Origin: Salinivirgaceae bacterium
GTDB lineage: Bacteria; Bacteroidota; Bacteroidia; Bacteroidales; SZUA-534
Assembly: GCA_017474765.1 (NCBI GenBank)
Contig: JAFVGW010000034.1
Location: 217,694 to 281,693, forward strand
Reading direction: 5' to 3'
DNA length: 64,000 nucleotides
In this document: positions 60,737-64,000 of the stretch, one piece after another
Position numbering within the stretch: the stretch's first letter is position 1
Layout: every line of letters starts with the position of its first letter
Position numbers and translations under genes: made by a program
The notes under the pieces: model-generated
Databases searched by the model: none
The model's input: only the letters and a program-made list of their open reading frames with translations
What the model was told of the DNA's origin: nothing

Positions 60737-61498
60737 ATGGCTACAGATAATATAATGAAAGTAAACTTGAAGGTTTGGCGTCAGGCTGGCCCGAAAGAAA
60801 AAGGCGGGTTTGTGACTTACGAGAATGTTGAGACAACCCCCGACACTTCGTTCTTGGAAACTTTGGATATTTTGAACGAGTCGCTCATTGAGAAGGGCGA
60901 GGAGCCAATTGTGTTCGACCACGACTGCCGCGATGGTATCTGCGGAATGTGCTCGCTCTACATCAACGGCCACCCGCACGGTCCTGCAACTGGCGCAACA
61001 ACCTGCCAATTGTATATGCGCCGCTTCAAAAACGGCGAGACCATCACCGTTGAGCCGTGGCGCTCGGCTGCGTTCCCTGTTCTTAAAGACCTGATGGTGA
61101 ACCGCAACGCCTTCGACCAAATCCAACAGGCTGGTGGCTACGTATCGTTCAACTGTGGCGGCGCTCAAGACGCCAACGCTATTCCAATCTCGAAGGTTGA
61201 CGCCGACGAGGCTATGGACTCGGCCACCTGCATCGGCTGCGGCGCTTGCGTTGCTGCCTGCAAGAACGGCTCGGCAATGTTGTTCGTATCGGCCAAGGTT
61301 TCGCAGTTCGCACTGCTGCCGCAAGGCCGCGTTGAGGCTGCCAAACGTGTTAAGGCAATGGTTGCCAAGATGGACGAACTGGGATTCGGCAACTGCACCA
61401 ACACCCGCGCCTGCGAGGCTGAGTGCCCGAAACGCATCTCAATCAGCAACATCGCCCGTATGAACCGCGAGTTCCTTTGCGCAAAACTGAAAGACTAA
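60737..61498 (+). CDS. sdhB: succinate dehydrogenase/fumarate reductase iron-sulfur subunit
   Basis: 253 aa with CRDGICGMC (2Fe-2S), [11 protein letters not shown] (4Fe-4S) and [12 protein letters not shown] (3Fe-4S). Confidence 0.92.
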   Translation: MATDNIMKVNLKVWRQAGPKEKGGFVTYENVETTPDTSFLETLDILNESLIEKGEEPIVFDHDCRDGICGMCSLYINGHPHGPATGATTCQLYMRRFKNGETITVEPWRSAAFPVLKDLMVNRNAFDQIQQAGGYVSFNCGGAQDANAIPISKVDADEAMDSATCIGCGACVAACKNGSAMLFVSAKVSQFALLPQGRVEAAKRVKAMVAKMDELGFGNCTNTRACEAECPKRISISNIARMNREFLCAKLKD

Positions 61499-61521
61499 TA
61501 ATCTTTACATAGTTGTAGTGG

Positions 61522-61555
61522 TCCCCGCTGCCGAAACAGGTGGCGGGGATTTTTG
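61522..61555 (+). terminator. rho-independent terminator after sdhB
   Basis: TCCCCGC-TGCCGAAACAGGTG-GCGGGGA followed by TTTTT. Confidence 0.75.
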
Positions 61556-61670
61556 TGTTTGGGCGTAGATTTTTTTGAGCAGACAACACAGATATTGAGC
61601 GGTACCCATTTGGTATCGCCTCTATTATATCTGTGATAATCAGTGTTGTCAGTGTAATCTGTGCGAAACC

Positions 61671-64000
61671 TCACACATTCAACAACTTCTTCACTTCCTC
61701 AACCGAAAGTCCGCGGCGTTTCGCATAGTCGGCAATTTGGTCATTATCAGTCTGGCCGACAGAGAAATAGCAAGCCTGTTCGTGCGCTATCAGCATTCCG
61801 CAGATGCTGGTTGTGGGCTGGATGGCGTACGACTCGGTGAGTGAGACGCCCAACTTCTCGCGGGCGCCAATAGCATTGAAAACCAATTCTTTGATTGAAT
61901 GGTCGGGACAAGTGGGGTAGCCAAAGGCAGGGCGGATTATCGGCACTTGACCGACAATCTGCTTTTGCATCAGTTCGGCGGCGGCTTCGGCCAGACGGGC
62001 GCAGAGCGACTGCCGCAGCAAGCACTCAAACGACTTGCAATCGGTGCACAACTGCTTGTCGCTCACCTTGATGCAGAATAAGCCAATTGGCGTTTGACGG
62101 TCGGCAGTTGAGAAGTAGTCGGCAAGCGACAGGAAGTTGCTGCCAAAATTCTGACTGCGAAGCATCGGCAACCGCGTGCCGTTGTCGAGAACAATGTCGT
62201 TGCCGTCTTTGTGAGCGTTGAAAAAGTTCAGAACCATCGACACCTCGATGCTGTGGTCGATGCCGACCGATTTCAGCAGATTCTGAGCCGATTCGAGTGT
62301 GCGGCGGGCCTCGTCGTTTTCGAGCAACTTTTCGAGCGTCGCGCCCTTAAATCCCCAAAAATAGAGCAGGTGCGGCCAATCGATAAACTCACGCAACTCG
62401 CTCACAGGTATGTTGTTACGTTCAATATTTTCGGTGCTGCCAAAACCGTTGACAAACGTCGAGAGCGCAAACTGCGGCGCCTTTTCGTTGGCGGTGGCGT
62501 ATGGTTCAATGTCATCTTTTCGCTTGTTGTAATGGTCGCGGACGTCCTGCTGGGCGCGTTTGATTTCGGCAATGGTGGCCTCGCGGTCGCTCAAAAGGCG
62601 TTTCGCAAGCACAGCCGAAGCCGACGCGTCGTTGCCGTGAGCCACAAAATAACTGTAGCGTGTGGCCAGTTTCACCGCCGTATGGACAACCGAAGTGGTA
62701 GCGCCGCCCACCAAAACGGGTATCTGAAGATGCTCTTTTTCAAGCATTTCGCACAATTGTTCCATCTCTTTCAGCGATGGTGTGATGAGTCCGCTCACGG
62801 CGATGATGTCGGCCTTCTCGCGCACAGCGGTGTCGATGATTGTGCGGTTGTCAACCATCACACCTAAATCGATGACATCGAGATTGTTACAAGCGAAAAC
62901 GATGCCTACAATATTCTTGCCGATGTCGTGCACATCGCCCTTGACGGTTGCCAGAACCACCTTTGCTCGACGGCCAGTATCGCCCGAAGCGCTGTTGTGC
63001 CGCTCGATTTCGGGCTGAAGAATTGTAACGGCCTGCTTCATCACCTTTGCCGACTTAACCACCTGTGGCAGAAACATTTTGCCTTCGCCAAACAGTTTGC
63101 CCACGCGGTCCATTCCGTTCATCAGCGGGCCCTCAATAATATCGACGGGGCTGCCGTATTGCTGCATCGCCTCGGCCAAATCGGGCTCAAGAAAATCGGC
63201 ATTGCCTTTCACGAGCGCATACGCAAGTCGCTCATCGACAGACTGTTCGCGCCACGCTTCCTGCTTTGTGGCGGTGTGGCTGCCCGCATCGGCCGACTCT
63301 TTCATCCGCGATGCAAGGTCGATAAGCGCTTCGGTGGCCTCGGCAGAGCGGTTTAGAATCACATCCTCGCAGAGTTTCAGTAAGTTAGGTTCAATCTCAT
63401 CGTAAACCTGCAGCATTGCGGGGTTCACAATTCCCATATCGAGCCCGACAGCCGTGCCGTGGTAAAGAAACACCGAATGCATCGCCTCGCGCACGGGATT
63501 ATTGCCGCGGAAAGCAAACGAAAGGTTTGATATTCCGCCACTTGTGCGTGCGCCAGGCAGGTTCTTCTTAATCCATTCAACGGCGCGGATGAAGTCGATG
63601 CCGTAGTTGGCGTGCTCCTCGATTCCCGTTCCGACCGACAGCACATTCACGTCGAAAATTATCTCGTAAGGCTTGTATCCAGCCTTATCAATCAGTAAGT
63701 TATAAGCACGTTCGCAGATTTCAATCTTACGCTCGTAAGTTGTGGCCTGACCAACCTCGTCGAAAGCCATCACAATCACAGCAGCCCCTAACTTTCTGAT
63801 TTCGCGGGCTTTCTGCAAAAATTTTTCTTCGCCTTCCTTCAGGCTTATCGAGTTGACAATGCATCGCCCCTGAGCGTTTTTTAGACCAGAAAGTATTGAA
63901 TTCCAATCAGATGAATCGACCATAATTGCAGCCTTCACAATTTCGGGGTCGTTGCTGATGTAGCGGATGAAATTCTGCATTTCGGCGGCGCTGTCGAGCA
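61671..64000 (-). CDS. metH: cobalamin-dependent methionine synthase (C-terminal ~775 codons; N-terminus lies right of the window)
   Basis: The pterin-binding part ([11 protein letters not shown]...), B12 cap and binding domain ([11 protein letters not shown], DxHxxG) and the AdoMet activation domain are present. The ORF-track Met at 63980 is internal, and the frame is open to the window edge. Confidence 0.9.
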   Translation of the reverse strand, partial: LDSAAEMQNFIRYISNDPEIVKAAIMVDSSDWNSILSGLKNAQGRCIVNSISLKEGEEKFLQKAREIRKLGAAVIVMAFDEVGQATTYERKIEICERAYNLLIDKAGYKPYEIIFDVNVLSVGTGIEEHANYGIDFIRAVEWIKKNLPGARTSGGISNLSFAFRGNNPVREAMHSVFLYHGTAVGLDMGIVNPAMLQVYDEIEPNLLKLCEDVILNRSAEATEALIDLASRMKESADAGSHTATKQEAWREQSVDERLAYALVKGNADFLEPDLAEAMQQYGSPVDIIEGPLMNGMDRVGKLFGEGKMFLPQVVKSAKVMKQAVTILQPEIERHNSASGDTGRRAKVVLATVKGDVHDIGKNIVGIVFACNNLDVIDLGVMVDNRTIIDTAVREKADIIAVSGLITPSLKEMEQLCEMLEKEHLQIPVLVGGATTSVVHTAVKLATRYSYFVAHGNDASASAVLAKRLLSDREATIAEIKRAQQDVRDHYNKRKDDIEPYATANEKAPQFALSTFVNGFGSTENIERNNIPVSELREFIDWPHLLYFWGFKGATLEKLLENDEARRTLESAQNLLKSVGIDHSIEVSMVLNFFNAHKDGNDIVLDNGTRLPMLRSQNFGSNFLSLADYFSTADRQTPIGLFCIKVSDKQLCTDCKSFECLLRQSLCARLAEAAAELMQKQIVGQVPIIRPAFGYPTCPDHSIKELVFNAIGAREKLGVSLTESYAIQPTTSICGMLIAHEQACYFSVGQTDNDQIADYAKRRGLSVEEVKKLLNV

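Noticed and set aside
60038-61324. Two minus-strand ORFs (218 aa and 202 aa) opposite sdhA and sdhB
   Set aside because: The sdhA and sdhB calls are certain (FAD and Fe-S motifs). The antisense ORFs show no motifs.
61580-61652. Nested inverted repeats (GACAACAC…GTGTTGTC around ACAGATAT…ATATCTGT) downstream of metH
   Set aside because: This is most simply a long terminator or stabiliser hairpin for metH. There is a single copy in the window and no coding or mobile features.

Overview
This 64-kb chromosomal segment looks like a Bacteroidota (Bacteroidales-type) genome. Three things support that: many intergenic matches to the Bacteroidetes -7 promoter element TAnnTTTG, T9SS type A and type B C-terminal sorting domains, and a GldA/F/G-like ABC transporter. 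I call about 50 protein genes, one tRNA-Thr(CGU) and one frameshifted hipA. I saw no transposase, integrase, CRISPR array or rRNA. From left to right the window holds: an L-arabinose cluster (araA partial, small low-GC helical ORF, araD, Na+/solute symporter, lipoprotein mutarotase); an 8.5-kb EPS-type operon (AsnB-like, GT4, Wza, Wzc, WecA-like, lytic transglycosylase); a divergent dPGM-like phosphatase; tRNA-Thr; LMW-PTP; ispD-aroK; TetR plus nitroreductase; hipB and decayed hipA; parC, a small lipoprotein and parE; a polyferredoxin, a Tat-lipoprotein aldo-keto reductase and tatAC; a CE15 esterase that is T9SS cargo; trpB2 with a Trp leader-peptide attenuator; a symporter, ECF sigma and anti-sigma operon; MATE; a flavodiiron protein; an atypical LuxR regulator; argH, a T9SS cargo and dus; a large propeller-sensor SpoIIE phosphatase; an NrtR/AraR-type Nudix regulator; an RSH enzyme; miaB; gldAFG-like genes plus DUF4340; rpmE2; sdhCAB; and metH (partial). 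The most interesting candidate is 26094-30490. There a NapH/NapG-like fused membrane polyferredoxin carries an internal vestigial Tat motif and is followed by a Tat-exported lipoprotein aldo-keto reductase with Fe-S motifs and a DUF1893-like tail, directly upstream of tatAC. I read this as a possible periplasmic, quinol-driven carbonyl reductase module, and I know of no characterised example. Second is a clean W-W-W leader-peptide attenuator in front of a stand-alone trpB2. All calls rest on reading the sequence and on remembered family motifs; no database search was run.
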